Source: Mobula hypostoma
Lineage: Eukaryota
Length of the DNA: 64,000 nt
Assembly (NCBI RefSeq): GCF_963921235.1
Contig: NC_086099.1
Coordinates: 51,088,001-51,152,000 of the forward strand
Direction: 5' to 3'
The position numbers and the translations under genes were made by a program. Under the pieces are notes generated by a model. It had not been told where the DNA came from and ran no database searches. It was given only the letters and a program-made list of their open reading frames with translations. Of this stretch, positions 49,139 to 62,030 are shown piece by piece (the stretch's first letter is position 1; each line of letters begins with the position of its first letter).

Positions 49139-51164
49139 TGCTTTGATCTGCAACCTATCAGAGACACTCACTATGTTATCTTCACCCTTCCCTTTGCTGC
49201 AAATTGAAGCACACTGGCTTTCTCACTTTCCTAGTTGTGAAGGGTTCTTGATCTGGTTCTTCCCCCCCGCCCCCACACACACACAGAACTGTTATTTTTT
49301 TTTCTGATCTGCAGTATCTACAGCTTTACTGCTCTAACTATGAGGATGGTATGAAAACGCATGTCACAGTTTCATTACTCACACTATTAAAATGTTAATC
49401 TGCATCATTTTTAACAAAAAAAAATCCTGTAATGCAAAAACAAGATTTTGCATTAGGATCTCAGCAGGCAGCAAAATTAGACATTTCATTTAGCAGTTAT
49501 CATGCAGCTATTTTGATTATTTTTCAGGGAAAGGCAAGAAAAATTACCTTAATACCTTAGTTATAATTCAGTGTATTGTCAGCTTATATAATTATTTAGG
49601 TGTCTTGCAATTATTGTGTTTTATCTGCAGAAGTTGATGTGTATTCTCATGCAGATTGAAACTGGCCCAAACTAATTATTTTGGGAAACATTTTTATTCA
49701 GCACCAATAGCCACAGCTACTGTTCTAATGTAAATAATCAAGAATTACATTACTTGAGCATTTGAATGTAGGAGGGTTTTTATTTCATTCCTGTGGTATA
49801 CAGAACACTTTCAAGAAAGTATTTTGCTCTCCAGAGAGAATGAGGGTTCAGCTGTTGAGCTGCACTGGAATTAAACATCGTCCACACTAGGCAGACATCA
49901 GACCAGTCCTCTTGAGAACATTAAGAAACTAGTTGGATTTTATCATTATCTTCATGTTCATTTCAGACAGATGATCAATCATGATCTTCTTGAATGGTAG
50001 AGCAGTTTTGAAGGGCTGAATTACGTAATTACTTACAAGAATTTGCAAAAACCAGCTGTTGTTTTGCGGGGGGGGGGCAAGTTAAACCATAAAGAACATT
50101 TTTCATATTAAAAATAATCATGGCATTAAATTGAGCCTGTGAAGTGCTCTACTTCAGTCACTATAGCTAATTTCCCTGAATATACAGTATATCCTATGGT
50201 AAGGTGGAGTTAATTGCTACAATCCAGGAATGTGATTAGTTTGGTTTGCAGTCTAAAACAGAAACAGGCAAGTCTGCAGTCTGAGCAACAAGTCCCAGAA
50301 ATAGCTTGAGGCCCTGAGAGTGGATACGGCAACTTAGCTGCTGTAGCAGATATCCAATAATGCAGAATCCACAACGTGCCCATATAAACGTGGCCTTAGC
50401 TTTGAAGGAATTTAAAGAAATATTGTCCAGATTACTTATCATTTGGTTTCATAATATTTCTATGATTTAAAATGTTATGACATAACTGTCTCTTTTCCTT
50501 TACTGTACAGACAATTTAAACATAGTTCATTGGATGTTTAAAGTAATTAATTAGAATGAAAACAGAGAAATAAATATTAATTTACACATATTTAAATGTA
50601 ATGAAAAAGTAGATGCTAACCTATTACTATGACAGATGCTATAGCTAGGACTGATTCACTCCTTTTTATTACCCAACACGCAATGGTGTAAATGAATCCC
50701 TCATCATCCATACTTTGATATATAACACTCACTACTGGCTCCACTTAATAGTAGTTCCCCAGCTCCACCTAGTTATGCATATTTCTCCCTGGCTCGACTA
50801 ATCACTTCTGGTGTTATTGGTCCCTTCAAATTAATCTAATTGCCTTTGTGACCACTGGAGCCAAATAATGTTTGGAATCCACTTTCAGCAGCAACAGTAG
50901 TCTAAAATATATAAATATCATGGCCAAGATATAAGAGTATATGCTTGTGCCAAAACTACTGAACCACCACTCTACTCTGGTTAACAGTAAAATGTAAAGG
51001 TTGACATAGAACGCCAAAACATCTTCACTTGGTTAAAAATCCTAGTTCCTAAATAATTATAAGCCAAAGGCAAACTGTCAAATAAATATCACCTGAAGCT
51101 TCACAAAGTCATTATACCAAATTGTCAGTCTCAATATGCAGACCTTGTTCCAATTTTAGGCACA

Positions 51165-51455
51165 ACCAGGCTCAAGGATAGCTTCTACCCCACTGTTAAA
51201 AAACTAATGAATGGTTCCCTAGTATGATAAAATGGACACTTGGTCTCACAATCTACCTTGTTATGATCTTACATCACATTGTTTACCTGCATTGCATGTT
51301 TTCCATAGCTATTACATTTTACTTTGCATTCAATAATTGTTTTACCCTGCACTACCTGAATGCACTGTGTTATAATTTGATCTACATGAATAGTATGCAA
51401 GACCAACTTTTCACTATACCACAGCCTACAGTGACATTAATAAACTAATTCCATT
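51165..51455 (+). mobile_element. L2/Rex-like LINE 3' tail
   Basis: accaggctcaaggatagcttctaccccactgtt (TRLKDSFYPTV) and a UTR matching 33430-33716. Confidence 0.75.
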
Positions 51456-51629
51456 CCCAGGTGCTTAAATTCTATCTGTGATCCAATTTTAGGGTAATAA
51501 ATGGAATCTTGAAAATGCAATATTAAGCAATTTATTAGATAGTCTCTGATGTAAAATATAAATGAATGGCCATTTTTTTTATATATTATGTGAAAAGAAC
51601 CAGAGATCAAAATTAACAGTTACATAATA

Positions 51630-51756
51630 ACACTCACAACACGCTGGAGGAACTCAGCCACTGATCTTTTCCATGTATGCTGCCCAACCTGCTGAGTTCC
51701 TCCAGCGTGTTGTGAGTGTTACTTTGACCCCAGCATCTGCAGATTATTTTGTGTTT
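51630..51756. mobile_element. Minimal fold-back Penelope-type element with perfect 31-bp stem and 14-bp TSD
   Basis: TSD acagttacataata at 51616-29 and 51757-70. Arms taacactcacaacacgctggaggaactcagc (51628-58) and its exact reverse complement (51691-721). Confidence 0.9.
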
Positions 51757-52929
51757 ACAGTTACATAATACTAGCTTATGTTGAAGGTAATTAAGATATT
51801 AATTCACTCTTTCCACAGCTCTGTGACACCCCCCCCCCCATCCCACCCACTGAACTGCTAATGTTGAGGTGTACTCAGGCAGACTAAATCACCATTTCCA
51901 TGATATGGTGGTCCTTTTGGGACAACTGGATAAGTATATTAATTTTAAAAAAGTAAACAATCTGAATTTGTACAAGTGCACTGTTCATGAAACTATATTT
52001 TTTTAGTCATTTTAATTAATTCACAGGACAAGAAAAACAATTTTGAGCTGATCAGGATACAGCAGCCTGAGTCTGTTGTATTTATTTTATTTTTAATTAT
52101 CAAAGACTTCAGATATATGTCAGCGAAAAATTGTGACTTTTATGATTTAAAATAGAATGAGAAGTCAAACTTCCATTGGATCAATTATGTTTGATTCAGT
52201 TATTAACAAGAATTGTCTTGACTTTTTCCAAAGCTCACTTTATCTTGTGAAAAGCCAAGCATTTTAACCTTCATGGTTACAGGTTCAATGTTCAATGAAA
52301 AAATGCACTATAAATCAGGCATGAGCTGTATAGGTTTTGGATGAGAGCAGCCATTTTCTGACAATGTGTTACAAGCATGTTGCTCAGTCTTCTGCTTATG
52401 ATATGTTTTGCTGGATAGTAATCTTTCAGATATTTCTGCTTTAATTTTAGCTGGCAAATTATAGTGTTCTTTGAACTTCATGAGTCTCTGTATTTTTGGA
52501 ACAAAGTGGAAAATGTATGAAGTGAAAGATTCTTCTGTCGTCACGTGACACGCGCTGCACAACAAATCCAAGTAAAACTTCAATCCACTTCTCAAACATT
52601 AACAAAAGAAATTAAGTTACAACTGATACACGAAAGCTTAATTGCAGATTATGTATGGAAAATACAACTTTTCAGTTATTCTAAAACCAAATAAATTTCC
52701 ATCACTATATATACGGCTTTTACAGCGAAAAAATTATGCTGTTGAAAGATACAGCTATCTTCCTCTCTGACAAGCTTTCTTTTCTGTGTAACAAAGACTA
52801 AAAATATTGTTTTGCCCTGCTGTATTCATTAAGGAGTAATCACAATCAGACTTCACAGTACCGTATTGGTTTTATGTCAAGTCCTTCACTATCAACTCTC
52901 TATGTTCTGCATTTCAAACACTAATCAAA

Positions 52930-53262
52930 TTTAAAGGTTCAAAATTCAAAGTAGAATTATTATCAAAGAACATATGTCACCATAAACAACCCCAAGATTC
53001 AATTTCTTGCGGGCTTACTAATCCAATAACCATAATAGAATCAATGAAAGACCACACCAATAGGGCAGACAACCAGTGTGCAAAAGATAAACTGCACATA
53101 CAAAAGAAAATGAAACCATAATTAATGATAAGCAATAAAATTTGAGAACATGAGATGAAGAGTCCTTGAAAGCCAGTCCATAGATTGTGGGAACAGTTCA
53201 ATGATAGGGCAAATGAAGTTATCCACGCTGGTTCAGGAGACTAATGGATGAGGGGTAATAAC
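52930..53262 (-). mobile_element. L2-like LINE 3' end (same family as 58972-59760), cut by the Tigger insertion
   Basis: Shared blocks aatgaaagaccac, agagtccttgaa and tggttca...ctaatgg.tga.gggtaataact. Confidence 0.75.
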
Positions 53263-53264
53263 TA

Positions 53265-54242
53265 CAGGTGTCCCCTGCTTTTCGAACGTTCGCTTTATGA
53301 AACCTCGCTGTTACGAAAGACCTACATTAGTTACCTGTTTTCACTAACGGAAGGTGTTTTTACTGTTACGAAAAAAGGCAGCGCGTGAAAAAAGCAGCCA
53401 AGCTCTTCCCCCGGAATTGCATTCTAGCTGGCATTGCTTAAACACGTGCCAGTGAGCATCTGTGCTTTATCTCGATTTACTTTGAGCACCCGTTAGCAAG
53501 ACGAGTTCTAAGGTATCGGAAAGGCCTAAAAGAGCTTGTAAGGGTATTACACTTAGCGTAAAACTAGACATAATTAAGCGTTTCGATCGCGATGAACGAA
53601 GTAAGGACAAAGTGAGTTTGGCTTTTGCAAGTTGACGAAGATGATGTTGAAGAGGTTTTGGCATCCCATGACCAAGAACTGATAGATGAAGAGCTGATGC
53701 AATCGGAAGAGGAAAGGATAACAATTGAAACCGAATGCAGTAGCGAACGGACCAAAAGTGAAGTCGTCCGGGAAATGAACTTAAAGCAACTGTGTGAGAT
53801 TTTCGCTACAATGATTGCAGAAAAATTTAATTTTGAAAGGGTATACAGGTTTAGGGCATATTTGCAGGATGGTTTGAGTACTTACAAAGAACTGTATGAT
53901 AGAAAAATGTGCAAGGCTAAGCAGTCAAGCATACTGTCGTTTTTCCAAGACTTCCACATCAACCACAGCAGACGACGAACCTTGATCTTCGACATTGAGG
54001 CAGGCAGACATAAAAGAAGATGACCTGCCTACCCTGATGGAAACAGACGACGATGAGATGACACTCCAGTGTCCCACCACCCCAACCTCCGGGCTGCAGA
54101 CCAATGCCAATCTGTGAAGAACACAGCGGTAGCCGGGACGCACCCAGCACATCTTTAAGAAAAAAGCCGAAATAAACAAGCTAATTAATTAGGTGCCGCC
54201 CAGCACGTAAATGTCAGCCCAGATCAGAGGCAACGCAGATCG
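53265..54242 (+). mobile_element. Second Tigger/pogo derivative, left half only
   Basis: TA at 53263-64, then CAGGTGTCCCCTGCTTTTCGAA. Colinear with 7849-8725; similarity stops at cccagatcagaggcaacgcagatcg; no right TIR. Confidence 0.9.
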
Positions 54243-56504
54243 CCTGACAAGGCATTAATGGCCATCATATATGGTTTCATTCGTTGACTATCAATGCAAT
54301 GGTGTATCAAGGAAGGCAAGTAGTCCATGTTTTTACACTGGGGCTGTAAAGAATGGGTGCATCCCTCACAGCATGCTTTCATGGTGCTCTTGTAACTGAT
54401 ACTCAGACAGACAACAGAAGTGCATGTTACCCCAAATTTGCCCTTTCTTCACATCCATAGAGCATGCTTTCATGCTCATTCCGTCGGGCCTACCTGACGA
54501 AAGAGTTAGTTTTGTGAAAAAAAAGTTACTCGTGCGACTCATTTGAATCACTGCACACAAAGTTTAGAACACACACATATGCACGTTCACTGTGGCTAAC
54601 CACCAGGCACTCAATATGGATCCAAGCCAAAACTGGGAAACCTGCTCATCCGTCAGCAATGTCTCACAGCTAATAGTCAATGGCAGTCCATTGTTCCTCC
54701 TTGGTTTTCAGTACAGTGTTGACAGTTATTGCCTGAAGCTAGAATACAGAGCTACAGAATACAGAACAAAAGAAGATTTTACTTCTCCTTTGGGAATTAA
54801 ATAAATGTTAACTCCCTCCTCCAAAGAGATATGTCTGCTACCCAACAGTGGGTAAATGAAGCCAACTAAAAAGGTTTGCATTTAAATTAGCCAAATTAAA
54901 ACATTAGGTGAGATGGAGAGGAATGTGTTTATCTACTATAAAGAATAAATTTTAACTAACGTATTCAAATACATAGAAAATTAAAATGGGTTCGGTCTTG
55001 CACAACTGTCAGGTTTCAATAAACTACCTTAGATAAATTGAAGCAAATTATTTGATAATAATTGTGTCTGCCTGCAAGAGTTATAGAAAGCCAACTACAA
55101 AGTTGCAGTTCTTAGCAGAATACAAACTTTAACTACCTACAAGTTGCAAGCTATCAATATCAATAAGGTTTTGTATTAAAATTTCAAATTACATAATGAC
55201 CTCCCCCTCCCCAAAAAATGTAGATTTTTGGCTCTAATTAACTTTAATTTCTAGCTAGAAGCACTGGTCAAATGTTTAGGAATACAAACTGGTTTTCCAT
55301 CAAACACCCCTAAATATATGTTCTTTGGTCAATTCAATCTAAAACAAATATTAGTGCCAATTTGCTTTTTTATCTTTTCATGAGAACTACCTGTCGATAT
55401 TGATCACTGTTTTAAACCAATAGCATCTTAAAAAATGATGTAGAAAATAGTTGAGTAGTTTACAAGAAACTCTTTGAAAAAAACTACAAAGAACACTTGT
55501 GCCGAGTGTTAGACTGGCATTGACAGTTGAGAAAGTAAGTTCAAGAACTATGTCTGTCAGTAATAAAAACTAATGACCATATTTCTGTCTTCTACAACTA
55601 TCATAAAGACTATCCCCTACAGGAGGCTGAAGAGACTGCTTGTATTATTGTGTCCATCAGTAACACAATTCCATTCAGAATGAAAGCTACACAATGATCT
55701 GATCTGATGAAGTTTACTCCTCTGAGGTTTCAAATCCAAAGTCCATGTTATTTCCCCTTTCAAGAAAAATAAACTTCACCTTTGTTGTAAGCACTTGCAT
55801 TATCTGGCTTCTGTTGCCTGAACCAGATGTTGCACATCATGCCTCTAATTAGTCAGATTCTGTAGCAACATTTTAGGTAATAGGTTAAAGCTGTGGGAAC
55901 CATGAAACACAGCAGTATCCATTTGATTTCACATCACATTGCTAGGTAATGTTTCTTAGTTTTATGACTTTGTAACAGGTTGTTTGGTTTTGAGCAGGGG
56001 AAGTAAAGGTTTTCAATGCAAGATAAATTCAGCATACAAGTATTCTGTTGTGACGGCCTGGTCACAAGTGCCTTAAACTGTATGATACTACTTTAATTGA
56101 AGGCTGAGAAACATAGCTCCTTTAATACTTTTGATCAGCTATTCCAAACATGCTTCAGTGGTTCAGACAAACCAAAGCCACGACAGAACTGGAAAAGGAC
56201 ACATGGTATGATGCTTTTCTTAGACCAAATTTCCTCACTTGTATATAGCCAATTAAGTCCACTGAAAATACCAATTCCATTAATTCCAGCAAGTTTGTAT
56301 CAATTACAACAAGCTATCTTTCCAATTCTATAACATTACAATATACTATTTACATTTTTGCAATTTATCTGTAATCCATGCTCTTAATTTAATTCTTTAA
56401 TATTGGGATTAAAACCCCATTTCCTCTGAAGCAATGAATAAACTGGAAGTTCCATACAGGTTTAAAACAATGTTGCAGAGTGCAAAGAAGTGAGTGAATG
56501 AGGT

Positions 56505-56645
56505 AAGGCAGAAGTTTGGATAAGTACATGGATGGGATGGCCAAGGGGGGGGCTATGGTCCAGGTGGGAGTAGGCAGAATAATAGTTCAGCATGGACTAG
56601 ATGGGTTGAATGAGCCGTCTCTGTGCTGTAGTACTCTGTGACTAT
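56505..56645 (+). mobile_element. CR1 3' tail
   Basis: ttggataagtacatggatggg...ggactagatgggttgaatgagccgtctctgtgctgtagtactctgtgactata. Confidence 0.7.
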
Positions 56646-57959
56646 AAATCCAATAATGAAAATGAACTAGATATATATGTGAGAAAAGTAAGTGAAGACA
56701 TTAGTGAAATCTACTGAAGAAAATTCAAGAGGCCAATAAAGAAACCTTCACCTGTTTCCAATTGTGTGATTCCAGAACCTAAGATCTACTCAGAGATGTC
56801 CCACTTGAACAATGACAGGACTAAAATAGAACATTAGATACAACCAAGCTCAGAAGTGGAGGGGGGAAATCTCAAATTTACTTAGATCTCATCATTCAAA
56901 AGCTCAATGCCCTTCAGTGTACTCACAGTAATCTGAAAACAAACCATTTGAGATAAAGAAAATGTGACAATGGATAAGACAAAGAAAAGTTTAAAAACAA
57001 GAGAAAATCAAAGGGCAGAAATCACCTGTATCTCTTGCATCTCAGATGATTAATTTTCCTTTGCTAGCACTAATGTTATACAGCAGTGAAATACTATACT
57101 TTTACTGTTTCCACATAGTTAAAATAGAAAAACTCAGACAGAGCAAAACCCAACATCTTAGCCCTTGTTGCTCAACTGCACCCAATTTGGGCAGTAGTTC
57201 ATTCAATAGCACAAAGTAACCCACTGTCTACGTTAGCGAACTCTACATTGTGGCAAAAAAAATTCGAACTCCAAGGCTGCAAGGCATAACTTAATACTCA
57301 AAACTGGTTTTGTAATATGTATGATCTGAAGTTCAATTTCTATGCAAGCAGAAATGAGGAAACACAAGGCAAAATATTGTTAATACTGGAAATGAGAAAT
57401 TTGTTTCTTTCTCCACAAATGCCAAGTAGTTTTAATCCTTTTTCTTCATGGAAGAACGTAAAATACAGCTGAACAAATAAGGGTCTGTAATTGCAACCAA
57501 AATAGAGCCATGAAAATGAAATAAAACAAGTTAGAAAATGAGGGGCACAAAATAACATTATTAGTCAAATACTAACCTTGTTTGTTTCAATAAGGTTATC
57601 AAATGATGACATTAAAAGATAACTAAATGCAAAAGGAGGCAGTTTTTTAAGCAGGTAGTGTTGTACACTCAGATTTGAATATTGTTCAAATTGGCAGGCG
57701 ATTACTCTAGTAAAACTACTAGAGTAATCAGTGCTATCCTTAGCACTGCATTTCTAGATCTTGTTGTTCCATCAACCCACATCTCAAAATATTTCAGTGC
57801 TGAGCAGGCTATTCTCTGTGCTGATACTTGCCGTTGCTTATAAATGATTCTGATTAAGTTACAACTTTTAAAAAGAAGAAAAAATAGAATGCATAGAACT
57901 GTTCTTTATACTCTTGTGTTAATGCCACAAAAATACAAGAATTAGTTTAACTAATGCAG

Positions 57960-58420
57960 AAAATAAAAATGAGTAAGTGAGCACATAATCTATTGAAAAT
58001 GCTCGAATTCTGCTAAATGGACAGCGGCTCCTATGAAGAGTTTGTAAGCAAGCCACAGGCCCCATGGCAGGTACAGAAAACAATTGTTGGATTTAACATC
58101 ATAGAAGTCCGACACACTGAATAAAAAAATGATGTAATCAAAAATAAACAACAGGATTGTTACTGAATTCCACCAATTACTTCCAGACCAGCAGTTCTTT
58201 TGAAACGCGGCCAGACTGAGCCTATTGTTGCCCGTTTTGAAGTTATTATTGCAGCTCCAGCCTGCCCCTGGCCACAGCACATCTCTAGCAAAAAAATAAC
58301 AAGCTGCACATTGTTTGTTCAGTCTAGCTAAATAAGTTATACTTTTTCATTCTGAATGGAATTTGTGAATTAAAATCAGTATTTACCATTTTGAATTAAA
58401 TGAATGTCATAAACAAAAAA
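57960..58420. promoter_or_regulatory. Candidate intronic enhancer or conserved non-coding element
   Basis: No recognisable repeat; retains CpGs; clustered SOX (AACAATTGTT 58079-88, CCTATTGTT 58221-29, CATTGTT ~58309-15) and FOX (AATAAACA 58143-50, TGTTTG) motifs. Confidence 0.4.
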
Positions 58421-58971
58421 CACATTTTCCACATGTCCAATTGGACTAAGAACAAGGACTCTGGTCTCCATTCAAATTCACAACAACACTGAACTTCTCT
58501 GGAAGTTTCACAATGATCAAATACCCACGGACTTGACTAAATTGAGAATGGCACTTATCACTTCCAAGCATCACAATGCTTAGATACAGTCTGCCCTTCT
58601 TAAACTAAAGGAAAAGAGGCAATGCAATAACTCCAGTTTAAAGGTAAGCTTCATATGCAAACTGAACAAAGAGCAAACATGTCTAAAGTATTAAGAGACA
58701 AGACAAAGACGTGGGACCTCATGGAACCACATTTATCAACGTGGTCAGATTTTACAGGTCACCGTGGCAGATGCTCCACCCTGCTGTTACACTATGAACA
58801 TGTGATATTCCTGAGTCTGTAAAGACTTAAGACTTCTATGCAAATCTGGAAAGCACCTCCCTCACCTAACATACTAAAACGACCAGGCAAAGAAGGTGAG
58901 TAGTAGATAAATCACTGATGTGGAACTTCCATTTTGCTTGGTTTCTATTGTCCAATGTTATAGGTGTCTAT

Positions 58972-59760
58972 AAAGTTCAAAGTAAAGATATTATATCAAA
59001 GTGCTAAGTTACCCTGAGATTTATTTTCTTATGGGCATACTCAAAAAATCTATAAAATAATAACCATAACAAAATTAATGAAAGACCACCCAACTTGGGT
59101 GCTCAAGTAGAGTGCAGAAGGCAACAAACTGTGCAAATACAAAAAGAAAGAAATAATAATAATAATAAATAAGTCAGCAATAATTATTGAGAATGTGAGG
59201 TAAAGAGTCCTTGAAGGTGATTCAATTGGTTTTACGACAATTAATGGTTTCAATGATGGGTCAAGTGAAAATGAGTTAAGTGAGCCCGTCTGGTTCAACA
59301 GCCTGATGGCTGAAGGGTAATAACTGTTCCTGAATTTGGCAGTATGAGTTGTGATGCTCCTATACCTTCTTCCTGATGGCAGGAGAGAGAAGACAGTATG
59401 TCCTGGATAATGGGGGTCCCTGATGATGGTTGCTGCTTTCCTGCAACAATGCTTTGTGTGGATGTTATGGCACCACTCAGCCAGGATTTACAATCTCCCT
59501 CCTAATTGCTGGTTCATCACCACCATAGATTCAGCCTACAGTAGTGATGTCATGAACAAACTGGAATATGGCATTGGAACTGTGCTTAGCCACAGATTCA
59601 CTGGTGTAAAGCACGTAGAGCAAGGGGCTAAGCACACAGGCTTGTGGTACACCTATGCTAATGGAGATTGTGGAGGAGATGCTGTTGCCAATCTGGACTG
59701 ACTTGGGTCTGCAAGTGAGGAAATCGAGAATCCAATTGTATAAGGAGTCTGATTATTTTT
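58972..59760 (-). mobile_element. L2-like LINE 3' part with internal deletion
   Basis: Tail aaagttcaaagtaaa; gtaataactgttcctgaa...ataccttcttcctgatggc; RT remnant gtagagcaaggggctaagcacacaggcttgtggtacac (revcomp resembles [13 protein letters not shown]). Confidence 0.75.
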
Positions 59761-60949
59761 GATGGGATGGATGATTGTATTGGATGCTAAATATCAATAC
59801 TATGGAGATATTTCCTCCCACTGTTATTTCTCTTTACTGTAAAGCTCAGCTCTTCAACCTCCCCCCACCCATACTTGGGATGGACGACACTTTTCTGCAC
59901 CTATCCTTCTCCTTCCTGATGCTGCTCTCTATTAATGTCCAGAAAATGCAGAGAAACAAGGAGCCAAGCTCCTTCCTGCAGCAGTGATACTTACAGCTCT
60001 CTTCACTGTATATGGATGAGGCAAATATTGCTTGCAAAAAATGCAATGCTTTCAGTGGTTTTAAAATTTAATATGATGTGACTATTTCATCATACTTTCT
60101 GCAACAATCTGTAATGATAGCAAATTGAAGAGCATAGAGCTTCATACCCATTTTCCAGTTCTGCAACTGTGGCAAGATGCCAAACTTACCAACAAATAAA
60201 TGTTTGAAAATCACGGACACACTACTTAGTTACCAATGAGTTGGCAGCAGACAAGGTATTATAATTTGTCTCAGTTATTGATCTGGTAAATTTATTTGGT
60301 TTCAATAACCAACGTACTAATACAGATCAAGCATAGTTGTGGTCTAAATACACTCCAATGAGAACACAATTAGCATCTTGGCCAATCTAACACTTCAAAA
60401 CTAACTGTATGAACTGGCACTGTTGTGGAGAAGCATTATCTGCCGATGGTGTTTTTCAGAGTTTCTGGTACATTAGATGATTTTGTAATCAGTGAAATAG
60501 TCCGCAGAAGTTTAGACACGGCCTATGACCAAATTTCTGCTGAATAACATTTCAAACCGTGAATGCATGGTTGAAAATTATCACTTCTCCAGATGATTCC
60601 CTATTTTGTCCCCCAAAAACGATCTGATTTTGAAATTAGACTCTAGTTCTTGTAACTTTAAGAACAATTGGATTTGTTAATAATATTCTCATCTATAAAG
60701 CTGAAATCCCCATTATAGAACTTCTGTCAATGAGTATTCAGTACCTGCCTATTCTGATGGATTTAAAAAATGCGAAGTAAAAAGATAGTTCCTCCTTCAA
60801 TATCTGGGCCACCATCCTTCGCTGTCATAATTAGTGTGAGCTTCACACTAAGTACAGCAAAGAAGTAGCTTTTACACAGCTTGCACAGCAACTGCATAAA
60901 CATTCAAAGTTCAAAAGGGGAAAAATGCTATTGATCAATCTGAATATCA

Positions 60950-62030
60950 AGGTCAACTTTATTCACCACATACATTCATATGTATTGGGAATGTGCTGTG
61001 GAGTGTTGGCACAACATGCAACAAAAATCAGGACTCAACAATTATAAGCAATAAAGATTTACACAAAAATAAAGTTAAGAGGCTAAAGCATGCTTATGGA
61101 ATAAATAGTACATAAATACCAGCATGTATTCACAATGTAAACAGTGTTATAAAAAGTAGTTTAAAAGTATTAGAGTTCAGTGTTGTTACAGGAATATTAG
61201 ATAAACGAAGGTGGGGAGGTAACTACAATAGTTGATCAGATTGACGGCCTATGGGAAGGAACTTTTAAGTTTGTGTTTTAATAGCACTTTTGGAAAAGGC
61301 AGTTTGCTAGTCACCTACTCCAACAATGGGTACAAACTGTACAGCCACAACTCTCTCAAACTTTGAAAGTACTTTCATCCTCAGACCAGCTCACTGATGC
61401 ACAAACATTGTTGCCTCTTATACTTCCTATTCAAGTCAAGTTTATTGTCATTTAACTATTTACATGTACATAACGTATATAACCATATAACGTATATAGA
61501 AATGAGCCATTTCTTTGAACCAGGGAGTAAAGCACAGTAGTACACACAACACATGATAACTTTTGAAGGTAAAGATGAAATCAACAGATGAATCACTCAA
61601 AAGTAACAAACTAAAGTGCATTAATATTAAATATTGTAAGGTACAGAACAGATTAACCAGTGACACTTTGAATACGATGTGACCGGGAGTTCAGAAGCCT
61701 AATGACCTAGGGGAAGAAACTGTTTCTCATCCTGACCATTCTTGGTTTTATGCATCATAGGCTCCTGTCTGATTGCAGAAAGCCAAGAAGGATGCTGGAT
61801 GGATGGGTGGGATCCATAATAATAACAAGGCCCTACGTATACAATGCTCCTGAAAAATGTCCCCGATGGATAGTAGGGAGACCCCTATGATCCTCTCAGC
61901 TGTTCGTTCTCACTGTCCTTTGTAGGGATTTGTGGTCCGATGCTCGACTGCTCCCATACCAGATGGAGGTGCAACTTGTCAGGAAGCTCTCAATGGTGCT
62001 TCTGAAAAATGCACTTAAGATTGGAAGGGG
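60950..62030 (-). mobile_element. Two L2-like LINE tails (~60950-61300 and ~61430-62030)
   Basis: Each begins with caag..caa.tttatt and contains ggcctatgggaaggaact or gacctaggggaagaaactgtt, the reverse complement of the NSF(F/L)P motif. Confidence 0.65.

Noticed and set aside
54494-54530. CTGACGA...GAAA as another hammerhead
   Set aside because: No convincing stem II, stem I or properly placed cleavage triplet; probably chance.
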